From Octopus vulgaris (taxonomy: Eukaryota): a stretch of 62,000 nt of DNA. The notes below the pieces were generated by a model. It was not told the origin of the DNA, did no database searches, and worked only from the letters and a program-made list of their open reading frames with translations. Made by a program: the position numbers and the translations under genes. Below, piece after piece: positions 29,420 to 42,960 of this stretch. Within the stretch, counting starts at the first letter, position 1, and each line of letters opens with the position of its first letter. The DNA lies in the NCBI GenBank assembly GCA_951406725.2, contig OX597815.1, positions 35,484,001 to 35,546,000 on the forward strand, given 5' to 3'.

Positions 29420-32225
29420 GCAGATGATATATTTGCAGCCGCTTTTTTCCTTTGCCTTGCACCCCGAAGCCTGTTAATGCTGGTTGCAACAAAGTTTTTA
29501 ATACAATTTTAATTTTGACACAACGATCTCCATTTTGTTCGTCCCGAGGCTGTTCACTCAAAGGTGTTGTGAGCTATCTTCATCTCTAAGACGTTACTCT
29601 TCAGCTTGTCCTTATATCTGATCCATGGTCGACCAATATTCCTGTGCTCACTCTCAGGCAGGCTGTACATGAGGACTTTGGATATTCTTTCGTTACTCAT
29701 TCTAACGATATGGCCAACCCAGCGCAATTGGAAGCTCTCAATTCCACCAATCTTACACTTGCTAAACAAGTCGGCATTAGAAACTTTGTCTTTAGGGAAT
29801 AACCGCAGATTGTCCTCAAACAGTCTTTGTAGAAGATGTCCAGTTGGTTAATGTGTCATCTAAAGGGTATCCACGATTCTGAGCCATACAAGAGAGTAGT
29901 AAGGATGGCTACTTTATAGACCTGTACTTTGGTGTCAAGAAGTTTCATGCTCCTTTCATTCCCTAGGCGATGACAGAGTTTGCCAAGTGCGCTGGGTGCC
30001 TTTGCAAGACGGTTGGCGATTTCATCATCAATGGAAGCACTCAAATTCACTTTACTACCAAGATATGTAAACGGCTTCACATAATTTAGGCTTTTTTCCA
30101 TCAACCTGTATAGGAGTGTCAGGGAAATTGTGAACCGGTGGCTTCAACTTGACACCTCGAATTTGTTTAGGAATAGGGCAAGGCTGGTGTCTTCCGTCTT
30201 CTTTATGCTGATGGTCAGACCAAAGGCTAATGTGTCATTTTCTGTTAAGGAGTAACTTAGCGATTCGATAAACACGAAATGACAAAATAAGTGCCTATTT
30301 GAAATAAGAATAAGGGGTGATATTCTTTTCTACTCTAGGCACAAGGCTCGAAATTTTGGAAGAGTAGCTAGTCGATTAGATCGCCCCCAGTATGCAGCTA
30401 GTACTTAATTTATCGACCCTGAAAGGATGAGAAGCAAAGTCGACCTCGGCAGAAAACCGGTCTAGAAATTCCTGGGCTTCCTCTAAGGATGTCGCTACTA
30501 GTGCAGCAGCATCTGCAAAATGTAGATAACGAATGATACTGATGTGTAGCAGTGGTCTGGCTTTGAAACGCTGATGATTGAATAGTCCACTACTTGTTCG
30601 AAGCTGGAATTTGATACTACTTTGTACGTAGTCAAAAGTATACCTCAGCGTCACCGAAAAACAAAGAGTGCAAACAAAACAGAGGCCATAACACAATCTT
30701 GCTTTGTGCCGTTTTATAACGTCGAAGGAAGCCGAAGATTCCCCACCAGACACGACAGCAGCCTTCATTCCTTCATGAAAAGAGACGATAACATTCAACA
30801 TCTTGTCAGGTATACCAAGCTTTTCCAGAACTTTCCATAGTGCTTGCCAGTTAACAGTGTTGAAGGCCTTAGTAAGGTCAATGAATGCCATGAACAACTC
30901 TTGTACCTTCTCCATGACTTGTCGGAGGTAAAAGATCATGTCGATAGTGCCACGACCAGAGCGAAATCCGCACTGTGATTCTGGGTAGACATCATTTACA
31001 ACGTGTTTGATGATCCTGTTGAGAATGAGCCGAGCAAGAATCTTACCAGCAAAAGACAGAAGCGATATTCCACGGTGGTTATCACAGACACTTCTGTTTC
31101 CTTTGTTCTTTTAAAGATGTTGAATCGAAGCATCCTTGAAGTCCTGTGGTACACGGCCTACCATCCAAATCTTTATGAAGAGATCATGCAAATTCTCAAA
31201 AGCGTCTTTCCACCATGTTTGTAGATTTCAGAAGGAATAACATCCCTGCAAGGTGCTTTACCAGAAGAGATCTGTTTAATAAAGTTTACCACTTCCAGAA
31301 AGGTTGGCTCCAGAGACAGTTCCGGTATTTCAGTTTCCAGGAAGGTTGTCTCCAGAGACAGTTCCGGTTTTTTAGTGTGCTGTGGGACAGATATTATGAC
31401 GTCATCATTAGTGACTGAGGTGGAGTTCAACACGGCTTCCAAGTGATCTTTCCATCGTTTCAAGATGTGAGATTTGTCGGTCAGCAGTGTCTCTCTATTC
31501 GATGAAAAATTAGGAGTAACACTGTGCTCTTGAGGATCATTCACTTTCTTGAGGCCATCATAAAAGGCTTTAGAATCCTTTCTGTCTGCAGCTTCTTGGA
31601 GGTCAGTAGCCTTGAAAGACCACCAAGCCTCCTTCATCTGTCTAAGAGCATGTTACACCTGGCCTCTGCATTTCTTGCAGGTATTCTCTTTTCTGGATGA
31701 GCTCTTATCATTTATCCATGTTTTGTAAAAGTTGTGCATTTTATCTATCAACTGTTGGACATCTGTGTTGTTATTGTTGAACCAATATTGATGTTTACGA
31801 ACAGGAATTTCAAGAATCTCTACAGATGCAGTGTGCGTTGCATCACGCAAAACTTTCCAAGATGATTCTATGTCATCATTGATATCAACAATGTTGAGTG
31901 CAGTGTCCAACTTGATAGAGAGTTCAGCCTACTTTTCAACAGTTTCCAAAGGCAGAACATTAATGTGCTTAGGCACTGATGACTTTTGTAGTCTTGTGTG
32001 TTTCTGATGGAACGTAACCTTACTACGGAGAAGAGAATGGTCAGTGATATAGCAGGCGTTATGAAAAGAACGTGTAATGTTAAAGTTCCTAATATCTCGT
32101 TTCTTAGTGATAACATAGTCTATGAGATGCCAATCCTTAGATCTAGGATGCATCCAGGTCATCTTGCAATCATTTTGCTGTTGAAAAAAAGGTATTTGTG
32201 GTGCTTAGACTGAATTCTCTGCAGA
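29420..32225 (-). mobile_element. Decayed RTE-clade LINE (endonuclease C-half plus RT), interrupted by a SINE
   Basis: Fragments read TWMHPRSKDWHLIDYVIT, SSGKAPCRD.IPSEIYKHGG, FIDLTKAFNTVNWQALWKVL, HFADAAAL (FADD site), FTYLGS, LLYGSESW and QLRWVGHIVRM. Many frameshifts. A SINE fragment sits at about 30330-30452, and there is an internal duplication of about 42 bp near 31300-31370. Confidence 0.9.
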
Positions 32226-32541
32226 TGGAGAGCACACGCAGACCGCTGGAGTGATGATAACACGAATATGGTGCACATATGTGCCACGATACCAAGAACA
32301 ACACACCTCGGGCTTTTCTTCAGAGGTTTTCATCTCCTAGACGAGCCACTATAAACAAACTGAAGAGCCTAGTCTACCCTATGGGTCAGAGTTTGCTGAC
32401 AATATACAGCTTGTTAAGGAGACCCTCAGCAACAAAAGACCTGGTTTTATATCTGCGTATCCCTCTCCTAGATGGGATGCCTTCACCACTGTTAAGGAGG
32501 GCCATCTTCCCCCTAATATATAGAATTGAATACATCAGAAA

Positions 32542-32582
<41 letters not shown>

Positions 32583-32636
32583 GGCGGTGCCCCAGCATGG
32601 CCACAGCTCATTAGCTGAAACTGGAAAAATCAAAAT

Positions 32637-32735
<99 letters not shown>

Positions 32736-33758
32736 TGTGTTGTTTTTGTATGTATGTATACACACATACGTATGTGTGTGTGTTAGCGTTTGTGTTTGTG
32801 TACCACTATCACTGGAACGACAGATGTTCGTTTGTTTATGCTTAGTAACCTAGCGGTTCGGTCAAAGGGACCGATAGACTAAAACCCTTCAAGTGTTTCC
32901 CCAGCATGGCTACATTCCAGTAACTGAAACAAGTGAAAGAAGAAAAGGATGAAAGAATATATATTCCATCTTCCGTCTTTCATTTGCCGTGTGTGTGTGT
33001 GTGGTGGGGTGCGTGTGTCCATATATAAACGTATATTTACATATACGTGTCTGGATTGTCAATCAGTGGGCGCGAGACCCTACAGCCAGATCCGAGAACT
33101 ATAAATGGCCTGTTATCTCTCTATTCTCCATTTTTTCAATTTAAGGTGCTGCAAACAATTATGGTTTCTGATCACAGTGAGACTAAAACTTTAGCACCCA
33201 CTTATTGACAAACCAGACATGCCTTATCTTCTTGTCAAAAACTCCATTACTCGATTTGGATATATTTATGTAAACTAATTTTTATCTTCTTATCATTGTA
33301 AAACATTTTATTACTTAATCTCAATGTTTTTATGTAAACTATTTATTGACTCATCACAGAGGATATGCAAAGCCTCAAACTTATATATATATATATCATG
33401 TGATCGACCAGATTATCGGATTTTCACAATGCTAGCTTTCGAATGATACTAGCTTTCGAATGACTAGGCGAACAGGACAACATTCCCCACTGATCGGAAG
33501 ACTAATCCGCCACGGGGTTGCCCACTTACTGTTGAGTGGACCGGAGCAACGTGAAGTGAAGTGTTTTGTTCAAGAGCACAACACGATCACTAGATCGTAA
33601 GTGCAACATCTTGACCACTGGGCCACGCACCTGCACACACACAACACACACACACACATGGTTGCACCGATAACCAGCTGACGGAGAATCTGCCTGCGGT
33701 TAAACTAGTAGTAACATGGAATAGCCATTTTGATGTAGCGACTGACTTTATATATATA

Positions 33759-34153
33759 TACTAGCAGTATCTCTCGGCGTTGCTCGGGTTTGTTTCAACC
33801 CTTTAGAATTGGAATTTTTGAAAAGTAAAAATTTTGCATTATGTAGCTTGTTATTCTCTTTAAGTGAACATTTTTCTGGTTGAAATACACCGAAAAATGG
33901 CGACACATCAGAAAAAAATCGTTAAAAAATAGGGATTTTCATAGAAAAAAAGCACCTTTTTGATGTAAATAATTTTTGGTGTTAACATGGTCCAATTTGA
34001 AATTTTTCTTCTACGGAAGGAAGAGCAAGCCTTCTTCTATCATACTTGCAATTTTGGTCAACCTGTGCCGCAGGGTCTCGGAGGAGATAGTGTTAGTTGG
34101 AGGCTACCAAACCTGCCATACACAGACAACTTCAGCTTTATATAGAGAGAGAT
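33759..34153 (+). mobile_element. Non-autonomous Helitron/DINE-1-like element
   Basis: Begins tactagcag...cggcgttgctcggg and ends cagacaacttcagctttatatagagagat. These termini resemble DINE-1/HINE-like elements; the element sits next to a TA run. Confidence 0.55.
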
Positions 34154-34233
34154 ATATTCGAACGAATGAGTACCCAGTTCTTGTAGAGGATATATGGTTT
34201 TTTTGTTTTTTTAAAACTGACACTGAGAGTTTG

Positions 34234-34276
34234 TTTTGCGACTTGAGTTTCACACTTCTGCTATCATCAGGCAAAA
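34234..34276 (-). ncRNA. Minimal type I hammerhead-like motif, probably degenerate
   Basis: The minus strand reads ttttgc-CTGATGA-tagcagaagtgt-GAAAC-tcaa-GTC-gcaaaa. The core is intact and stem I is a perfect 6 bp, but stem II pairs poorly. Confidence 0.5.
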
Positions 34277-34918
34277 GGGCTTAATAAAAATGAATAAAAT
34301 CAGATTTAGAGCAATAAGCTATGATATATATAATTATAGTTAGAATGAATTTACACTGGGAAATATAAACAGGTATTTTATATTCAAATAAATACATACC
34401 TACATAATATATACATATATTCATATACTTACATACAACACACATACACACACATGCGCGAGTGTGTGTGTGGGTGTGTGGGTGTGTGTGGGTGTGTTTT
34501 ATATATTTTTTTCTCCGTATGCGAATGCAATGCATGTTTCTAGCAGTTACAAGTATTAAAAGATATTGTCGTTAGCTTAAGACAGCTGTAAATGGATACT
34601 GATAATGTACGAGGTTGGTTCTGTTGAAACGGAGAAGTTAAGTCGGACAATAATAGAAGCAGACGAAATGTCGAGAAATTAGTTAAAATGCTTCCTGCCA
34701 GCAAAATACCATGCTTTACAGAAACGGCCGCAATTCCTGAAATTAACATTTGAGAAAGCAAGTCACGAATATCACTTCTAAAAACTCTTCCCTGTCCTGG
34801 TAAAAAAAAAAAGAATCAATTAACCAAACTAGGGACACTCCTGGTTACTAGCTTGTAGAGTACGTATATATATATATATATATATATATGGGGGAGGTGT
34901 GATTTGTGTCTGGGGGGT

Positions 34919-35246
34919 GAAGGCGCATGGCTCAGTGGTTAGAGCGTCGAGCTTACGATCGTGAGGTTGTGACGTTCGATTCCCGGACCGGGCTGTGTTG
35001 TGTTCTTGAGCAAGACACTTTATTTCACGTTGCTCCAGTTAACTCAGCTGTAGAAATGAGTTGCGACATCACTGGTGCCAAGCTGTATCGGCCTTTGCCT
35101 TTCCCCTTGGATAACATCAGTGGTGTGGAAGGCTGGTATGCATGGGCGACAGCTAGCCTTCCACAAACAATCTTGCTCGGACTTGTGCCTCGGAGGGTAA
35201 CTTTCTAGATGCAATCCCATGGTCATTCATGACCGAAGGGGGTCTC
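34919..35246 (+). mobile_element. CORE-type SINE
   Basis: Head gaaggcgcatggctcagtggttagag...ttcgattcccgg and CORE segment ttgtgttcttgagcaagacactt. Related minus-strand pieces lie at about 33395-33630 and 5365-5486. Confidence 0.8.
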
Positions 35247-35308
<62 letters not shown>

Positions 35309-37129
35309 TGGGCCGACTCTTGATACACAGCCTATATAAGCTTATAAACCAGATCCAAAAATGTCGCCATCGCCGACTACCTACATTACTGGTGGTGTGT
35401 AAAGTTTATTTTCTCTGAATGATAGCATTAAGGATTTTCTGTATGAAACTTAGAAGTCGGAATTTGAAATTCTATTTAGATTCACGATCGAAATAACATC
35501 ATTTACTTCTCTGTAACCGACAAGTTGACTAATCTACGAATTTATTTTACAATCAACGTCCTCGCTATAATATGAGGTATGTCAATCTAATATTGGTTTC
35601 AAATTTTGGCACAAGACCAGCAATTTCAAATTTTGGCACAAGACCAGCAAATCGACCCAAGTGTTCAACTGGTTCTTATTTAATCAACCCGGAAGAGATA
35701 AAAGACGAAGTCGACCTCGGCGGAATTCGAACTCAGAACGTAAAAACGGACGAAATACCGCTAAGCATTTTGCCCGGTGTTTTAACGATTCTACCAGCTC
35801 TTCGCTTTATGTCAATCTAATATAGGCGTAGTGAAATAAAAACTAAGATCGAGCTCTCCAGAGAAAAACCAAACTAGAAATAGAAAACATGATTTTGAAA
35901 TGGACTCAACTATTTACAATAATTTAGCTGCTATCAAACTTCTATCAGTTCCAACGCTGAATTACTGGTCTGAAAAGAAAACAACTCGAGTGACGACATT
36001 TAAATAACGTTATGTTTACAATCTTAGAATTATGAAGCGTCACGACGCAAACATACACCGTATAGAAATATAAACCAGGTGAACAGAGTAAATATATGTT
36101 TGCCAATACGATGACATTTGTATAAAAGAAAATATTTCGTTGAAAACTGAAAATTCACTTCTGTAAAAATAGTATAAATAAAATCGACAGTGATCAACAA
36201 AAACAAAGCAATATGCTATATAACTCAGAAACAATTTTTTTAAAAGATAGATAAAAAGCACTTATGTGATAAAAACATTTTCAATAAACAATTCAAAAAG
36301 AAATGTGTGACAAAAATATTCTTTACATCTCCACATATTGACAACGGGTTTGTCAAAAACAACAAACTGCTACAAAGATATTGAGAAGGAACGTAGTAAA
36401 GTCGAACATACTAAGAGCAATGACGGAAATAAAATATGAAAAACAAAATCTAAAGGAATAATTATAAATATATTGATATTAACTGAATTACGCTTGAATG
36501 AAATTGTATAGTCGTTATAAACACAACTGAATTGCCATTTGTTATGTTATCTGGTTTTGGAATCACAGCTGTTCTCGAGACGCCAGCTGAATGTCAGCAT
36601 AACCAGACATGTCACTGTAACCTCATCTTTTTAAGATTTCCGACTCGGTAACAAAACGATTGGTTGATAGTGATGGAAAGAGAATATATTGATATTTTGT
36701 CCTGAGTCAGAAAAGTGGTCGGCTCACCGACATAAGCGTGTCAAATGCTTCACTTTTGTTAACCTAATACTACTCTGGGGTAAGAGCTAAATAAGTGCTA
36801 TACCTAGTAGAATTTAATTAATTAGTTAATTAATTTTTGTTTAATTTAATGTCTCAGAAGCTTGTGAAATTATCGGTTCTTCACTGGTTTGTTGTTAGCG
36901 AGTGGACAACAGATGAATTTCAAAATGCCATCAGCTAATACAATATCCACCAGGCTTTTTAACATCCATCTAGATTCTACAAGTATTTGTTTAATCGATC
37001 ACTTACTTTCTAAAGGGATTAAAGGTTGAGATGACCTCTGCCAGTGATATCAAATAAGGATAAGGTTATTAGTTAATCATTCATTGAAATTTCGATCTTG
37101 AAACTGTAAAATACCAATTTCGTCGTTAG

Positions 37130-37990
37130 TTTGATTGCTGTTATCACCCCCAACTAATTTGTTCGTTGTTATCGGCCCCACCAGCATACTCATTCGTATT
37201 ATTCGCATCAATTTATTTATTGCAGGCACTCCCACCTATTTGTTTATTGATAGCAGGTCAAAGTATTCGTTGCTATGGCTTCCACCACTGTTCGTTGCTC
37301 TCACCCCTACCAGTTTGTTCGTTGCTATAGCTCCCAACAATTTCTTCGTTGCTCTCACCCCCACCAATATTTTCGTTGCTATATCTCCCCACCAAATTGT
37401 TCGTTATTATGGCTCCCAAGAATTTGTTCGATGCTCTCACCCTCATCAATTTGTTCGTTGCTATGCTCCACCCCCACTCACCCGCCACAATTTGTCTATT
37501 GTTTTGTTATTCTCACCCCCACATCAATTTCCTCGTTGCTGTGACTCCCAACAATTTCTTCGTGGCTCTCACACTCCCATCAAATTTGTTCGTAACTAGG
37601 ATTTTCACCAGCTTGTTGGTTGCTAACCCCAGAACAAATTTGTTCATTGCTAGCAACCTCACCAATTTGTACGTTGCTGACTCCCACCAATTTTTTCATT
37701 GCTAACTCCCTCACAATTTGTTCGCTGCTCTGACTACCAACAATTTGTTCGCTGTTCTGACTACCAACAATTTGTTCGCTACCCTTACCCCCATCAATTT
37801 GTTTGTTGCTATCTTCCCTACAAGATTGTCCCTTGATAGTGCTCTCGTTATTTTGTTCGGCGCTATCACCCATCAATTTTTTCATTACAGCTTCTAACAA
37901 ATATATTCGTTACTAGCATTTTCACCTGTTTGCTCGTTTCTAGTGCTCACACGAAAGTTATTCGTTCATAGCATTCCCATAAGTTTGTTC
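37130..37990. repeat. Degenerate minisatellite with a unit of about 27 bp
   Basis: Recurrent aatttgttcgttgct...ctcacccccacc units over about 860 bp. Explains the pseudo-ORFs at 37135-37900. Confidence 0.8.
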
Positions 37991-40671
37991 ATTAATAACA
38001 CTCCCATAAATTTCTTCTAACTATATCATTTTCTTTCTTGTTCTTTTACCAAGCAAGATGGTTTAGCGAAATCTAATTCGTATTTCGTTTTGCAGCAATG
38101 TACAACCAACCATTCATTATATATGGGCTTAATATTTTCCTGCGAGAAAATATTCCCTTGACTACTTCGGTTAGCTACTGTAAATAATTAGTAGTTATCG
38201 ATGTAAAACTGAGCTGCTACATTTGCAAATGGTTGAATCTAACGATGAAGTTTTTACTGGTTTTATTACAGTGCTGTCAAGGCGGTGAGCTGGCAAAATA
38301 GTTAGCACACTGGATAAAAGGATTTACTGTATTTTCTCCGCCTTTGCAGTCTGAGTTCTAATTCCACCGAGGTTGGCCTCGTTTTTCATCTTTTGGGGGT
38401 CGGTGAAATAAGTATCAGTTAAGCACTGAAGTTGATGAAATCGACTAGCGCCCCCACACACACACACACACACCTAAAGTTTCATGCTTTGTACTTATAG
38501 TAGAAAAGACTATTATAACGGAGTCAAGAAAGCGAATTTGCAGAATCGTTAGCAAGCCGGACAAAATGCTCAGTGGCATTTCTTACGACCTTATGTTTCG
38601 AGTTCAAATTCTGCTGAGGAAGACTTTATCTTTCATCCTTTCGGAATCAATAAAATAAGTACAAGGTCAATATAATCCACTAGTCTCCTCACCCAAAATT
38701 TCAGGTTTTGTGTCTCGAGTAGAATTATTATAGTGGTGTAAGCCACGGAGCCTCCACAGAATACAGGTCTTCTTTTTTTTTCTTTTTTCTTTTTTTCGAT
38801 TTCTCTGACTTACCCTCTTGTTTTTCGAAAGGTATTTGAAACTGGCTCGTTTTTATAACTTATTTCCTTGCTCGCCTTCATCTTCATCTCCTTTTCCTCT
38901 TGATCAGCCCCATCTTATTTCTTTCATCCCTCTTTCTTGCTTTCCTTTTCTTGTGAAAAATGACGTTCGAATGTAAAGTGGGCTCTCTTAATACATGTGG
39001 GTGAAAGGTACCCCGATTCGTTTTATTTTGGGAGAGTAATAACCGATCGTGTATCGTAAGAGATCTATTCAATCAATACCCAATTATTCTGTTGTCCCAC
39101 TTACATCTGCAGCTTCTATAACACTGTATATAACAAGTTAACATCTGAATCAAAAGCTCAGCGATGCAGGCCAGGAATAATGTATTGCAGTTCAATTGTT
39201 CCAATCTTTCCCCAGTTTTAAAAAATGATTTCGGCAAATGTTATTCTAACCCCTACGAGCCAAATCATATTGAGGTCTACATATAAATCAAACCATTAAA
39301 TATCAAGGACTTGGTCAGTTCGTAAAAAGGGAAAACATTCTCAACTTCCTCTGTAGTCTTACAATACTTCCCTTACACTGACGTTAGATACAGGAAACAA
39401 TCAAGGTAAACTTCTAGATCTTTCCCCACACCGAAGAAATACCCTAGTTTCCAAAAAAAACTCAAACACGTGTGGTTCCCCTCATGGCCGCAGCTACTAC
39501 ATGGGAAACAATAATTTCATCAAGATATTTAGCGTGATTAGAACCTTGAATTTTAAATTGAGGAATTTAACCAAGGAGTAGGGGCCGAAACTGGACGTGG
39601 TTCATCCTGATGATGTCTTGAGCTAATTGGATCCTATAAAGGAGCAGACCACGAAACACGGTTGAAATTCCTCAGGAAAAGATACGGAGAATTCACATAT
39701 TAATTGCTTCATTTATTTACAATTATTATTACGAAGTTCAACATTTTTGTCAATGTTATAGACAATGTACACATCCAGAGCTAACAAAGGGCGTACCATT
39801 GTATCCTTCCAAACAGTTACTGCTTCACAGAGTATCGAGAATGACGTACAGTATTTCTTAATCTACAGCTTTTTGTTTAGCATTCATCTGTAATGTCAAA
39901 TAATTACTTCAACTCCGTATGAATAATTACTGTTGCAAATTAATTAAATTCATCTAAATATTTTAGTGTCTAACTTTTCGATAATAATGGTTCCATACAT
40001 TTTTAAAACAAGTTCTTGCGGTTAATTAGCTATCAATTGAAGGCGGCGAATTGGCAGAATCGTTCTGACAAAATGCATTTCGCTACATTTCTTCAGGCTC
40101 TTTGTTCTAAGCTCAAATTCAGTCGTAGTCAACTTTGCCTTTCATCCTTTCCGGATCGATAAACTTCGTTCAAAATTAATGGTCTTATGCCAAAATTAGA
40201 AAGAACAGTCTGTCACTGTTATGAGTCAAAAGAATTGGTAAAACAATTGAACAAGCTGTTCATTCCTACCAAAAAGACCTTCGTGGGACTTAATTCTACA
40301 GTGAGGTCAAACGTATAAGGATATATAATTTATCCGTAACCTACGTTGTATTGCTTTTTAATTAAACTTGAACTATTATGTAAATGAGATTAAGTCACAT
40401 GCTTGTTTACTTTTTAATGTGTAGTCTTCTGTGACATTCGGCATTTTGTGAAAGAGAGACATTCAAATCCTGGTGGTTTCTTAAATAACAATGAAGCTAA
40501 TCGCTTCGATCCTCATTCCAAACAACCGAAAATCCCTCCTGTGTCTTAAATTTACAGCAAGACTCACTACATATGACTTATTATGACTGCTATTTCATAG
40601 GAAAGAAGGGAGGCAATTTCCATCAAAATCTATTTTTTTTAGAGTTGCTTCCCTTTATAAAGTAAACAATC

Positions 40672-40815
40672 ATGGCGTCGTCCTTTAAACATGTTGGTTT
40701 GAAGGCACGTTACGCGCAAGGTGCGTGTCATTTCTCTATGTCCAAATTATTGTCACCTTCATCACATCATCGACAACGTTCTTTAATACCTACTACTGCT
40801 GTACATACAATGACA
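40672..40815 (+). CDS. WARS2: Mitochondrial tryptophanyl-tRNA synthetase, exon 1 of 7 (putative mitochondrial targeting peptide)
   Basis: ATG at 40672, then 48 codons (MASSFKHVGLKARYAQGACHFSMSKLLSPSSHHRQRSLIPTTAVHTMT). The peptide is rich in Arg/Lys/Ser/His and has no acidic residues. A GTAAGT donor at 40816 is phase 0 and matches exon 2. Confidence 0.75.
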
Positions 40816-41752
40816 GTAAGTATAAATTCGACTGTAAATTCCATTCAAAGTTCAAAAGTATGATATTCCGTGAATGTCACCTTACAGATTTGTATTTATG
40901 TTTGGTGTTTCTCTTAATATTTACTGATAGCTTATTGTGAGGGGACTTTTGAAGTTTAGAGGGTAGAGATGTGAATGACATTTTCCTGCATCCGTTTTTA
41001 TCTTTAAATAATTACACTTATTGCCATATATTTGCATGTATTTCTTTATCTGCTTGAGAAGTGCAGTGCTCGTAGCCTTTTCACATCCTCCTAACATGTA
41101 TAATATAAAATTATATACGTCTTCCTTTTGTGTTATTGAGGGTCACTAAATGGCTCGTATCCTGTGACTAGCGCTAGACAATGTCCTCAACAACGACACA
41201 GTTTACGCGGGTCAAATCCATCAGCTGAGGGAAAGCACTGTGTTGTCCGACTTGTTCGAAATGGGTGGGTCGAATTTCCCTCAAATCACCAACTACCGTT
41301 TTAAACAAGAAAGATCCATTAAATCATGTATTCCTACATATCTCTCCAAAATAAAATGTGATGGCCACAACTAATCAGCAACAACAACCTCACTAACTAC
41401 ATACTGAAGTGCATATCACCCATTAAACGGTGGAGACGTGTTCATTAACATGTAAAGCGGAGTAAATTAGAAATGAATGAACTCCACCACTTCGAGATGC
41501 CCGATGTATACTAGATAGAGTTATGCCTGTCATTCGTATTTCGTTCTTCTCTTTCTCTTCTATTATCATTCCATTCATATCTAAGATGCATTATAGGAAT
41601 AATTCAACCCCAACAGTGGACTGGTACTTTTACTTTAGTCACTTCAAAAGTTAAATTTGGCAAGATTTTAATTCAGAATGAAAGAACTTTGCCAAAATAT
41701 GACCAGGCATTTTAGCCATAACTCTAAACTTTCATCCAATCCACTGCCTTAA

Positions 41753-42960
41753 TCATCATCGTTTAACGTCCGTTCTCCATGCTAGCATGGGTTGGACGGT
41801 TCGACCGGGATCCAAGGTAGTTTGGATGAACTGGGGCTTCTGTGAAGTTGGTGCAGGAAACAGCCATAAACTCACACATCTCTCCTCATTCATCCATAGT
41901 ACATGACCATACCAGCGCAGACGTCTCTCTTGCACGCCACGTCTGATGCTTCTTATGTCCAGCATTTCTCTCAGGGTGCTTTCACTCTGTCGTGTGTGCA
42001 CACTGACATTACACATCTAGCGGATCATGCTAGCTTCATTTCTTTCAAGCCTACGCATGTCCTCTGCAGTCACAGCCCATGTTTCACTACCGTGAAGCGT
42101 GGCAGATCACATACATGCATCGTACAATCTACCTTTCATTCTGAGCGAGAGGCCCTTTGTCACCAGTAGGGGTAGAAGCTTTCTAAACTTTGCCCAGGCT
42201 ATTCGTATTCTAGTGGTGACACTCTCTGAACATCCACCTTCACTACTAACTTGGTCACCCAGGTAGCGGAAACTATCAACTACTTCTAGTTTCTCTCCCT
42301 GGAGTGTGATGGAATCTGTTTTCTGAGTATCTGTGATGTCTATTGCACCTGTGCATCTGCCGCACATGAAAGCTATCTTCTCAGTTAATTTTCCTTTGAT
42401 GTTGCTGCACCTCTTATGCGTCCATAGCTTATACTGGGTACATCTTATGGAGTTTCTACCTACACCTTTTCTACAGATTGAACAGGGCCAGTTACTTGAG
42501 GGGGTGTGTGATGAGTTCGCTTTCTTACTTACTATAACTTTGGTCTTTGCTACATTGACTCTTGTAGTTGTCGAACCAGGAATATGGCATCAGTGGTGCT
42601 TCTACCTAGCACAAAACCAAACTGCATCTCATCTTAGCAGACTCTCTCCCTAATGAGATGGGCTATGACCCTCTCTGTGACCTTCATCACCTGATCTAAC
42701 AGTTTAATACCCCTGTAGTTATTTCTATCTAGAGCATCACCATTACCCTTGTAGCAGTTGACTATGGTGCTGCTATGCCAGTCATTGGGTATGACTCCAT
42801 TATGAACTACCTGGTTTACAATGTGGGTGACTAGGCCATAGTCCACACCACCAGATGTTTTAAGCATCTCAGCAGTGATTCCTGATGGGCTGGGGGCTTT
42901 TTCTGGCTTCATACCCTTAACTGTTTTATCTATAAGGGAGCTGTCTATTCAGATAGCTAG
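41753..42960 (-). mobile_element. Internally deleted RTE-like LINE (second family) in WARS2 intron 1
   Basis: Fragments read KAPSPSGITAEMLK...NYRGIKLLDQVMKV.ERVI, LEVVDSFRYLGDQ...RIRIAWAKFRKLLPLL and RRLRWYGHV. The 3' tail ccaacccatgctagcatggagaacggacgttaaacgatgatga is present on the minus strand. Confidence 0.88.

Noticed and set aside
37135-37900. Several 70-154 aa ORFs
   Set aside because: They are translations of the 27-bp minisatellite.
40721-40726. Alternative WARS2 exon 1 donor (AAG|GTGCGT)
   Set aside because: It would leave phase 1, incompatible with phase-0 exon 2. GTAAGT at 40816 fits.
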